63,973 bases of DNA from Vitrella brassicaformis CCMP3155. Lineage: Eukaryota; Protista; Chromerida. Positions within the stretch are counted from its first letter, which is position 1. Each line of letters opens with the position of its first letter. Positions 25,082-36,023 of the stretch are shown in pieces. Under the pieces are notes generated by a model, which searched no databases, was not told the origin of the DNA, and saw nothing but the letters and a program-made list of their open reading frames with translations. Where the stretch lies: contig CDMY01000305.1 in NCBI GenBank assembly GCA_001179505.1, positions 186,028 to 250,000 of the forward strand, read 5' to 3'. The position numbers and the translations under genes are program-made.

Positions 25082-27636
25082 TCTTTTCGGCGACATCTAC
25101 AGTACTTTCACTGGCCTGAGACGACTGCATTCGCAGTCAGATCTCGTGCTCCACAAACACATCAGCCAGCACCCATTTCTCGTTTGTGTGTGTGCAGGGG
25201 CCGCCGGAAGGACTCAATTACCTGTCGACCAAGACCAAGGTGAGAGGGAGAGGGGCACACGGAGGGGTGCGTGTGTGCGTTGTCTGACGTGTGTGTGTGT
25301 ATGGTGTGTGCGTGTGTGTGCAGGAGTCGCCGATGAGCACATCTCGTGTGGAGATAGCCAAGGCGGCTCTGTCGGACCTCACTGCATCGATGCAGACGTA
25401 CAACTCCGCCATATCGCGTCTGAAGGGCCTGGCACTGGTACGCAACGATGGACGAAGTTGCAGGTGTGGTGCACGCCGTGAACTTATCTAGGATGTGTGT
25501 GTGTGTGTGTGTGTGGTTTATGCACGCAGCTGGAGGGCAACGCCAAGTTGTTTGCACTGGTCCCCAAGAAGACCACCACGCCAAATGAGAAGCCGGTACA
25601 CACTGCACGTGGGCCTGTTGAGCCTTGCCCCCACCATGTGGCTGGTGTGTGGTGGTGTCTGCAGGCCGATGTCGGTGCCGAGAGCTCCCGTAACGATGCC
25701 ACGTCATCGTCGCCGTCCGCTGCTGCTGCTGCTGGTGGTGGTGGTCCTGCCGCTTGCCCCGACCCACAGCTGTTCGTGCAGCGGCTGTACAGGCTGCCAA
25801 CCGAGCTCCACCACACCCTCGCCAAATGGATCGGGTCAGAGGGCAAGGAGGCCGCCACCCTCAAGCTCAGCACCACCATGGCCAACACATCACATGCCGG
25901 CAGCAGTGCCGTGGAGACCGCCGTGACGGCCGCCATCGACGGCCTCATCAACGATGAGCACAAGCGACTGACGGACATCATCGACTACCAACCACTCCGT
26001 CAGTCGGCCAGTCGCCGTCGCGTGTCCCGGCTCATTCGGCTGCGGTATGTCCTCGAGATGGGGGGCGACTGGTCGGGCAGTGTGCCGCTGCTTCGACTGG
26101 CCAAGAACTGCAAGCGCATCCAGCAGTTGCCCCTCCAGCTGAACGAGGGCGATGTGGGGCGTGCGGGCAGCAGGGCGGACATTGACAGCCGGCCGGCGAG
26201 TATGCGGCAGTATGGCCTGATTGGCCATCGTCTGGGCTTGGAGATGACACGACGGGCGGGGTGGGAGTGGCTGGGATGGCTCTGGGTGAGCATGCACACG
26301 CGTGAGACGGTCCCGGCCCGCTACAGAGATGCCTTCAATCCTGCCGACCCTCCCTGCGACGGTAAGATAAGCGATTACGTGGGAAATCTGACACGTTTAC
26401 CTGTGTCGTGTTCTCCTTTGGCTGTCTGCAGGCTCTGTGTATCGTATAGCAGATGGATATCATGTGTATCGTAGCTTCCACGAATTGGCGACAGACAGGT
26501 ACGCAACCAACAGCTGCGAACACAGCATGGCAGCGTTTTGCCTTCCCTGCCTTCTCCCAGGATCGTCGCCCCCCCTGCCACCTGGAGGATTGAGCTACCG
26601 GCGCGGCGTCGTGTGGGACCGCCCTACCATCCTGCGTCGTCTGCTGCATCTGTTCGCATCGCTGAGCTCATGGCCCAGCCGACGCGAATTTGGGGCGGCC
26701 ACACCATCGACCGCGACTGCAACTACTCCAACGGCACCAACTACCGCATCGTCATCCTGTGCGGCGACCACGCAGCCGATGACTTCGCGGCATACATCAC
26801 GATGGGCAAGGAGGAACATGGAGAGACATACATCGACCTCTTCAGCAACGAGGGGCCCCAGGGCGACGGCAAAGGTGTTGCGGACAGTCCCCAGGCGGCG
26901 GTGCTGGCTCGCACGAGGATGGGCGGCGATGCATGGCTGATCCCGCAGCTCAGCGAGGCGATACCTACAGGTGTGAACGAGCATACAGGGGAGGACAGGA
27001 AGAACAGACCTATTTGTGGGTTGTATTGTGTCCAGGTGGTCGTGGTGAGAGTGGAGGCCGCTCTGCAGACGACCCACCCGCACCCGCGCAGCCCTCGTCA
27101 GACATGGTAAACCCAATGAAGCCCTTGCTGCGTTTGTTTGGTATCGCTATCTGCTCTGGGTGCGTGTCTCTGTGGGCGTGTCAGGGGTACACCGTCCCTG
27201 ATGCTGCCGCTGCTGGTGATGTTGGTGTCGGTGATGGTGTTAGTGGCGGGTCCAACGAGGGCGACATGCAGATGGGCAATTGGGAACTCGGTGAGTGCGC
27301 GTGGGGCAATCAATCGACACACAGGGTGACCTGCACACACTGGGGGGGGACAATGAGTGTGTCTTGTGTCAGATTCGGTGGCTGACGGTGCGGCGGGAGG
27401 CCCTCGAGGGCAGAAGCGCGGACGGTCCGATGAGGAGGCAACACTCCAGGGCAGCCCTCAGCCACACAACAGGTCACACACAGTCACAACAGACAACGGA
27501 AGCGACTGTTGATGTCTGTGTCTGTCTGTCCTGTGTGCAGCAAGCGGTTCGCTGCGAAGAGGCCCGACAAGTAGAGAAGATGCCCATCAAGCCGACACTC
27601 GCTCAATGCCATGTGTGCAGTAGCTGTAGCCCGTAG
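25082..27636 (+). CDS. Hypothetical protein, probably from a lineage-expanded family; ends uncertain
   Basis: Long protein-like exons (ORFs 25497-26474 and 26538-27110) with in-phase small exons upstream (GPPEGLNYLSTKTK / ESPMSTSRVEIAK) and downstream. No recognised domain. Confidence 0.5.
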
Positions 27637-28065
27637 ACGACGCTTCTTGCCTTCTGGATGTCTGGTGGTGCATGGTCACGTCATTGCAACGAGTGGCAAT
27701 GAGTGTACGTGGTGTGTGGAAAGGTCGAATGCCAATCATCAGCCAGTCGCTGACCATAGTCAACATTGATTCATGCTCCATTCCCGCATTTGTCCGCACC
27801 AAGACAGGAGAGAGCGTAGATGCAGGCATACCACATCGACGGTTGGTCTGGTGCGGGGTCCAAATTTGCCTACAGCATGCTCCATTGCTCATTTCTCATT
27901 GCTCATACCTCACCAACACACATGTACTAAAGGGTCGTACACACGAAACACCCACGAAAAACACAAAAAAACAAAACCCGGCCTCGGCTGCATAGAGCTA
28001 GACATCACACACACACAACATACGCCCACACCCAACGCGCTAAACCCGCCAACACATTTACCATC

Positions 28066-30651
28066 TCACTCAGCCGGCCCCTGTGTGGCTAACTCGGTCG
28101 CTGCGTCATCAGGAAACATGTCGACATCAAACCTATACGCATATCGGTGCAGCTGCCTGCCCGAACGCAGCGCCTCACTGGCCCTCTCTGCCTCCTCTTG
28201 GTTCAGCTCCTGCCGTCCATCCCACATCAGACGGATGCCGTGGCACAGAGAGAGCTCTCTCACTCTCATCTCGTACCCCGGCAGCCTATCGCGGAGCTCC
28301 CCGCGCAGCCCGGCCCTCCGCACGGCGTGGGTGTGGTCGTACATCTGCGCGAATGTCTGCTTGACAGCGTCCGTGTCTCGGGGCTGCCTGAAGTGGTCTG
28401 CCGATATGAGCACGTTCGTCAGGTGGGCCTCGGCGGGAGCGACGCACCGGATGAAGCGACAGATGGACGTGAGCTCCTCGCGCACCTGATGACACAGATA
28501 CAACCCAGCAACACGTGTGCGGCCATTTTGGGCGCTTTTCCCCTCTTCTCACCTGCACATCATCTTGTGCGATGTCCGCAAAGACGTTGGTCTTGACGGC
28601 CACAGTGAAGCGAGTGATCCTTCCGTAGTCACGCGCGAGGGCGGGAGGAGGCACAATGACGACTGGCAGTTCGTAATGGCCCAACCTGTATCCCAGCTGC
28701 CCCGTCACCTGCATCTCGACCTCCTGCAGTGGCTGGTCATCTGGCCCCCTTCCGGCGGACACATAGGCCAGCAGCTCAGACGCCATGATGCCTTCGATGG
28801 AACGCATGGTGACGCGCTCGACGGACGGCAGTCTCGACAAAAGGCTGCTCAGCGGGTTCGGTGTGGAAGGGACGAAGAGGCTGCCTGGCGGCTGGTTCGC
28901 GTAGCCGACACTGCAGAGCTCGAGGTCCGTGACGGCCGCCAGGGCACCGTCCTCGCCGAGCCAGTCAGGGAGTGACGCAAATGAGAGCTCGTCAGTGTCG
29001 GAGTCGGGGTTCTGGTATGCCACCTCGAGGCGCTTGACGTCGCCAAAGGCCACATCGCGGAAAAGGGGGCTGATTGCTGGTGCGTTGTCGCCGTTGTCAT
29101 AGAAGACCTTCACCTCACTCCCACCTCTGCTGTGCCGCTTGATGCTCTCCACCAACGCCTCTTGGGCAGCCGACGGCACGGGTGCGCCGGGCGGGGGGTC
29201 GGGCAGCCCGTGTTCCCGATAGGTGGACGTGCAGTCCAAGATGGCTTGCCTCCGTCCCTGACGACATCCCAGCCCCTCTTCTCTGCCGTCTGGATGAGAT
29301 GCAGGGTTGTGGTGCGCCCCGGGGCCGATATGCTGTACGGCAGACTGGGGTCGACTTTGATCGGACAGAAGAGACGAAGCTGCCGCCTGTTTGGTGGCTG
29401 TCTGGTGTACGGGGCCGTGCTGCTGCTGCTGCTGTTGCTGCTGCTGGTCTGTGGGTGAGATGGGGGGTGCGGAGAGAGGTGTCGCAGGAGGGCCTCGGCC
29501 ACTGCTGCCGGTCGGCGCTGCCAAAAGACATCGGCCGTCATGACGTTGCCCGCGTTCTGCAGGTAGGACGAGAGATGATCCGACGATATGTCATCATGGT
29601 ACATCAGCAGATGGCCGAGATGCTGCAGCTTCGTTCCGGTGTTGCGCAGGGCACCCACAGTCCGGCGCATGTCGATGGTCGGCGTGGCGCGGTTGGATGG
29701 GTGCCCTCCCCCGCTGTACGCCGAGGGATGGCCCTCGTCGATCACCAGGGGAAAGACGTTGAGATGCCTCAAATCGGGAGAGGAGCCGATGATGTGCGCC
29801 AGGCCGACATCGAGAGCCGTGATGTTGAGGGAGTCATGGAGATGCAGCCGCATCTGTGTCTCAAACAGGCCCATGAACGACTCAGTGGTGAGCAGCCGGC
29901 CAGACAGACGACGGAGGGCCGGGAAGACGCACCGGTGCCGGTAGAGCATCAGCAGTGCCTCCACGCTGTTGACCTTCAATGACGTGACGGCGGGGAACAC
30001 GACATAGTCATCCCCTTCGAGCTGCGAAACATCAGCCCCACCAGCCTGGCGCTCGCTGACAGTCTCCTTCCCCCCGTCACGCCCGAGCTGGATAATCTTG
30101 ATCTCCTTGAGAGTCTCGCGGTGCTGCAGCAGACTGCCTATGGAACGCTCAAACACCGACTCTCGCACACTCGTCATCTTGGCCGGCATGACCACAAGTG
30201 CCCGCTGCCCGCCACCTGCTGCACCGTCACCATCACTGCCGCCACCAGCTGAGCTGCTACACAACGCGTCGGCATTCTGTCCGCTGACCGCATTGTTGAC
30301 GACACAGATGAGGCCACGGATAGCATGGTTGACGGCGCGGCAGACGGCCGTCAACGACAGACGCTCCCTCGTAGCGAAGAAGGCGCAGATCTGCCACAAG
30401 AGGGTCCGGCAATCCAGCACAGAGATCAGGCCGGGCGGCGGTGCTGCTTGGTCTGCTTCGCCAGTCACGTCAGGCCTCTGCATGCTGGGAATCTTCCACC
30501 AACTAGCGACGACAGAGAAAAAACGCAAAACCGCAGGGTTCATGGGGCCTAGGGTTTCCTCTGAACCCTGCTCCCGAGAAAAGGGAAAGATCTTGGCGTT
30601 TGAGGCCTCAGGCAGTTCCGTAGCGGAGAGGAGGCGTACGTTGATTTGCAT
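28066..30651 (-). CDS. F-box-like / degenerate LRR-like hypothetical protein; needs a frame change near 29260; true start may be ATG 30483
   Basis: ORF 29110-30651 (LLWQICAFFATRERLSLTAVCR; VFPAVTSLKV; VFPALRRL) overlaps ORF 28286-29524, followed by terminal exon 28066-~28490. Confidence 0.5.
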
Positions 30652-30662
30652 CGTCCACCGAT

Positions 30663-31171
30663 ATGAGGACGGTGCTGCAGCGCATCATCCCTGCGGCCTC
30701 GACGCCCCGTTCGGTGTGTGTGCGCAACCTGGGCAACGCCGCACGCGGCCCCCCTCTCACGCCATACAACGTACACTCCCAATCAAGACACGACGGAAGA
30801 GGCGAAAGAGGCTGCGCTCATCTCGTGTGCCTGTCTGTCTGTGTGGGGATGGTATGTGCCTGCAGGTGCCAGCCCACTTCCAGAATGCGTGTGATCTGTT
30901 CGTGAACCCGTCGAGCAGCTACAGCGGTTGGGTGCAGCAGTGCGAGTCGCTCCGGATGTTTGTCTTCTGGGGCGTGGTGGCCGGGGTGACCATCGACCTC
31001 ATCACCAACCCACCCAAGTCGTCCTACTGGCTGCGCTACTCGCCTCGCAGATGGGGCCCCGCACTCATGGGGATGTTCTCGGGCGGCAGGGGGGAGGGGC
31101 TGTTCCTAGAGGGACCGCTGCCCTTCTCGGTGGACGTGGGGCAGCTCTACAAGACAGAGATGAACAAGTGA
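30663..31171 (+). CDS. Small single-TM protein with a mitochondrial-type presequence, about 137 aa
   Basis: Exons 30663-30770 and 30866-31171 join in phase. The N-terminus is Arg-rich and acid-free (MRTVLQRIIPAASTPRSVCVRNL). One TM (MFVFWGVVAGVTIDLI) is followed by NPPKSSYW. Confidence 0.7.
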
Positions 31172-31894
31172 TCAGGCAGAGAGAGAGGGAAGGGAGAGAG
31201 AGAGAGGCGAAAGAAACTCTTCGTGTATCTGGTTTGATCGTGTGTTTGTGTTTGTGCCGTGGCTGCTCGTTCCCGTCGGGTCGTTGAAGGAGGGCACAAT
31301 CGGGTCCAAACGATTGATGCCCTTCTCAACGAGTGGGATGGAACGGGCAGTCTCGGCACACCACGACACACAAAGGAACTCAGGAAAGACTGCGTGTCCC
31401 ATTTGGTTGTCTGTCCGGGTTAGGCAAGAGAGGGTGCTGTGTGCAAGATGAGATGTTGATTTGCGTGTGGCGGCTGTTGTTCGATCGGCGTCCGTCTCTC
31501 GGCAGTGGCTCAGACACACAGCGCTCATCTCTGCTGGGCGTCGTGTGGTCTAGTCCTTAGTCGGGCGACGGCCGCCGATCGAGCTCAGCTGCTGGACGGG
31601 AAATGTGAAAGAGATCATGCCATAATTTGGTGGCAGAGTGGACGGCCAAATGGGATGAAACATAACATGGGTATTTCTTTCTTCGCTTACTTCCTCGTGC
31701 ATCAGTCAATCAATGCGAGTCCCAGTCGACAAAAAAAACCCCTGGCTGGCTGATGATTGTCCTAATCCACGACGCCCCATCCACCAACTTCTGCCAGCCA
31801 GCTAGACTCACAGCCAAATAGACAGAAAGCCCTCACGAGCCAGTCAATCCATCCACGACATCCGCCCTCATCCCTTTCCCTCCTCCCTCCCTCT

Positions 31895-33586
31895 CTATCT
31901 GCTAGTCAAGGCCGCCTCCGGCTCCAGCAGCCGACTACCCACATGTGTGTTATCCCCCAATCTGCCCCTGGCCGTGCGGCACTCGCTCCACGGCTCGCCG
32001 AAGCAGCACTGGCCCAGCTGGTGCGGCGGCGACACGGCAGCAGCTGCCATGCTGCGAGACAGCGGCGGAACAACCTGCTGAGGCGGTGGGGGTGGTGGTG
32101 GTGTTGCTGGCACTGTCTGGGGGCCATAGCAGCATTTGCCCGACATGGCTGCCTTGGGTGCAGGGGGCGGAGGGGGCGCCAGAGGCATGATTGGGGGGAA
32201 GCGTTGATGCGGGCCGGTCTTGAGCAGTGGAATGTCCTCCGGGCGGGCGTAGAGGGACATGTGGTGGATGGCGAATGGCTGCTGCTGCTGCTGGTTGTGG
32301 CGGGCCCCCTCTCCTCTGAAGAGGTCGCTGAGGCGCTGTCCGCCTTTCTGCTGCTGCTGCTGCTGCTGTTCCGACAGGACCTGCTGCATTCTGTCGCTCA
32401 TCTGCCGCTGGTACTTCTTGCCCTTCGTGGCCGCCTGCTCCAATACCTCGTGCGCCTTGGCCAGACTCTGCACACAACGCAAGCAGGGCAGGCAGGCAGA
32501 CAGACAGCCGACAGAAGACACAGACAGAGAAGCCATGTCTATCTGGATGAATGCGTGTCGGAGCGGTGGGTGTCTTGGTTGCCTCGTTGGTGAGATTTCT
32601 TTCCAAGGTGATCCGGCCGATTTGACCGGTTATGGCCTTCTGAGTCTCCATCAGCCTATGCACAAGAGACACACACACATATCCGTCATGTGCAGAGAAG
32701 GAAATGGTCCGATCGGCCGGTTGGCTGACCGGCGTTTGTCGTTGGTGAGGTGCTCGATGGTCGATTTGGCCTCATCCAGTGCCACCTTCTGCTCATGCAC
32801 CAAACGACGCAGCCGCTGGATTTCTGTCCACACGCAGTACACACAAAGAAGGACTGCCAACCCTCCCTTCTCCCTCTCGCTGCTGGTTCACCTTCCTGTG
32901 CCTTCTGCAAAGGCGAAAGTGTCTCTCCTGTTCCTTCGTCCCACAGCTCCACGTCGAGGTCGATTTTCTTGCCGGTGTCCTTCTCGTACTTCGCCTGCAG
33001 GCCATTGCAGAGAGAGAGAGAGAGAGAGAGGGAGCACACGGCTCGATGACCAGGTCGCGGAGTGAATCGGGCCTCTTCTTGGCGCGTTTGATTTTACCTG
33101 AAGGTATGCTACGTGCTGCCGCAGGATGTCGCTCTCACGCTCGGCCTCCATCTTGGCGCTGATGTGATCCTGCAGCGAATGGGCAAACGCCTCCTCATCT
33201 GACAGACAGACAGACAGAGGAGAGAAACGTCTCACTCGGCAAGAGGGACTGCTGGTGCCTGGTGCTTTAATCACCTTGTGAGTGTCTCTTCTCCAGTTCC
33301 CTGAGCACACACAACCACAGAGAAAAAGACAGGAGTGCCGTGTCGGAGCCCCGGCCGCCGTGGCCTCCCGGGATCTGCACCGCGTGCTCGTCGCTCACGC
33401 ATATTTCTTTTTCAGATTCTCAGGCGCCTCTCCCGGAGCAGGGGCCGGGTCGTTCTTTGGTCGAGGAGTGGCTTTGCTCTTGGGGCTGCTGGCCTTGCCG
33501 CCAGACCCGGTGTGCTTTGATGCGGGCGATGCTTTCTTTGGGGCTATGGCTTTCGAGGCGGGCAGCCCTCGCTCTTTCGTGGCCAT
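31895..33586 (-). CDS. Coiled-coil protein with a basic N-terminus and Q/P-rich C-terminus (5' end abuts a gap)
   Basis: In-phase exons MATKERG..KKKYA / ELEKRHSQ / DEEAFAHSLQ.. / AKYEKDTG.. / EIQRLRRLVHEQK.. / SLAKAHEVLEQ..LTSR*. Confidence 0.55.
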
Positions 33587-34286
33587 CGTGAGACCGGAAA
33601 GAGGAGGGAAAGGGAGGAGGGGGGGNNNNNNNNNNNNNNNNNNNNNNNNNNNNNNNNNNNNNNNNNNNNNNNNNNNNNNNNNNNNNNNNNNNNNNNNNNN
33701 NNNNNNNNNNNNNNNNNNNNNNNNNNNNNNNNNNNNNNNNNNNNNNNNNNNNNNNNNNNNNNNNNNNNNNNNNNNNNNNNNNNNNNNNNNNNNNNNNNNN
33801 NNNNNNNNNNNNNNNNNNNNNNNNNNNNNNNNNNNNNNNNNNNNNNNNNNNNNNNNNNNNNNNNNNNNNNNNNNNNNNNNNNNNNNNNNNNNNNNNNNNN
33901 NNNNNNNNNNNNNNNNNNNNNNNNNCCCACCCACTCGACACGCACGTGCCACCCTATGATGGTCAGAAAAATCGCTGTCGACACCGGTTGCAGATATACG
34001 AGAATGACAGCCAGACATAGGCACGACACCCAGAGGCTAGTCAGAGAGCTCGACGTCGAGCGCCCACTGATCTAAGACATGCTGTTCGTACAGCAGCTCG
34101 TCGTCTTCCCCTGTCTGACTGTCTGGCAAGAATGGGTTGAGGGCAAGCCACTCAGTGCGTGTTGCCTGTGCTGACAGAAGAAAGTCGGCCGCTGCAGAAA
34201 GCACCGGCAGTTTGTCCGATGGGGGGGGAGGGAGGAAGTCGAAGACCGAACCCTGGACCCTCAAACCCTAGCGCAGAGGTGGGGAG

Positions 34287-34631
34287 ATGGCTCAAGGGCA
34301 GACAAAGCAGCGCAAGGGCGACAAGGCCTCCTCATCCAAACGGAAGAACGCGCCCATAAAGAGCATCGGCAAGAAAGCCACGCCAAAGCCGTCCGGCAAG
34401 CTCAGAAAGGTAAGTGCGGACGAGCAGGATGGCAGGCACCAACACCCATCCACTGCTGTCATGTGTGTGGGTCATGTGTGCGACTGTCTGCAGGGCAAGA
34501 AGGTGGTCGGGACAAAACAGATCGAGAGCAAGATTGCTGGTCTTGCTGGCACGGCACACGACGCCCTCAAGTTTGTGAAGACGGGCACGCCACAGAAGCA
34601 GAAGCAGAAGAAGGCCAAGGGGAAGAAGTAG
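34287..34631 (+). CDS. Small Lys-rich protein, C19orf53/DUF2462-like
   Basis: Exons 34287-34409 and 34494-34631. MAQG start, basic composition and KQIESKIAGLAG..LKFVK resemble the Leydig-cell-tumor 10 kDa family. Confidence 0.6.
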   Translation: MAQGQTKQRKGDKASSSKRKNAPIKSIGKKATPKPSGKLRKVSADEQDGRHQHPSTAVMCVGHVCDCLQGKKVVGTKQIESKIAGLAGTAHDALKFVKTGTPQKQKQKKAKGKK

Positions 34632-34971
34632 AGAGTTGTGAGGAGATGTTTGAGTCTTTCTGTCTAGCGGTCTGTCTGTCTGTCTGAGTGGTACTTGTAC
34701 AGCTGATGACTTGCGCGTCTGACTGTTCGCTCAGTCGTCTCTGAGAGCTGTAGTGTACAGTCCCACACAACACGATTGCAATCGCATAATGGGGGTTCCA
34801 TCCAGTCTACCTGCACACACAAGGGCTGCACGCCACCATTCATCGCCATCTCACCGACACACACACACATCACATAACAACAGCCAGCCGACATGTGCCC
34901 ACCCCGTGCAAGACAGAAAAAGAGCTTCAGCACGCAATCAATACAGACGAGCGACAAACGGGCCAGTAAGC

Positions 34972-35919
34972 TCAGCCGCTCTGTTGCCTCACGTCGGTGC
35001 TCTCGAATATCTTGTCAGCCGACGCCGCGATGAACCCGCTGTACAGCTCACCACTCGCCGTCGGATACCGCCTGGCGAACTCATAGTAGCACGACGGTAT
35101 CTCGTAGGTGCCCTCAGCAAAGGCCACATTCTTCTTCTCAGCGAGTGTTGACGACTGCTGGAGCAGCTCGGCCGGCGTCCCCTTGATGAGCCCCCCGGAG
35201 GCGTTGAGGGCGAAGCCCTTGTCCTGCAGGAATGTGTTGAGGGCCTGGAGGGAGTCGAAGGTCGAGAGGGCGTTGACATTGACGGTGAAGTGGTTGGCGC
35301 AGTAGCCGTAGACATACAGCCAGGCCGCGTACTCGGACTCAGCCAGCAGCCGATTGTAGGCGGCGTAGTGCAGAGGCGCCCAATGGTGGCTCCCACACGT
35401 CAGCAGCTCCTCTGTGCCGAGAAGCGACGGGGGCAGGGCGTCCACACACTTGCGCATCGTCTGCTGCAGGTCGCTAGAGAACTCCTCCATCAGCAGCTGA
35501 ATGCAGGCAGACACAAAGAGATAAGCTGTCACTCCCACGAATGGCTGCAGCGCCGCACCTCTGATATGAAGACCTTCGGCGCTTTGTCTTCTTCGGCATG
35601 CTCGAAGTGCTTTGCGTAGAGTTTCTTCACTGGGAATGTGTAAGTGCCCTTCTCAACGTACCCCATCCTGACGAACGGCCTTGCAAGCACATCGATGGAC
35701 ACGCGCGGGTCGTTGAGTGTGCGGAAGGCCACGTGGTCGTTGAGCACGACATTCTCGCCGCGCTGCCGCAGCAGCTGGTGGATCTCACCGGCCTGCAGGC
35801 ACAGACAACCAAGAGGGAGAGGAAGGAGTAAGGAGATGGCATGCATCGTGTTCAAGATCTGTGACCTTTGGGGTGAGGAGAAGATACTGATCCCACAGGC
35901 GAGAGAAGACCTTCGCCAT
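34972..35919 (-). CDS. DUF1338 family protein (HglS/YdcJ-like 2-oxoadipate dioxygenase/decarboxylase), three exons
   Basis: NDHVAFRT, PKVFISEL, ESEYAAW..ANHFTVNVN, GGLIKG, LLQQSST, IPSCYYEFARRY and FIAASADKIFEST. The His/His/Glu metal-ligand motifs are present. Confidence 0.9.
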
Positions 35920-36023
35920 CGGAATTCCCCCTCTCGGTGCGAGCCAAGACGCCCCCCCGCCCCCAGGCTCAGGAAAAGTGTGATTTGCTGAGTGGTTTGA
36001 CGCACTCTGACAGGCAGGTGCAT

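Noticed and set aside
33926-34264. Short minus-strand ORFs (acidic 34037-34264; hydrophobic LCLAVILV..)
   Set aside because: No ATG or splice path links them convincingly, and the adjacent gap prevents resolution.
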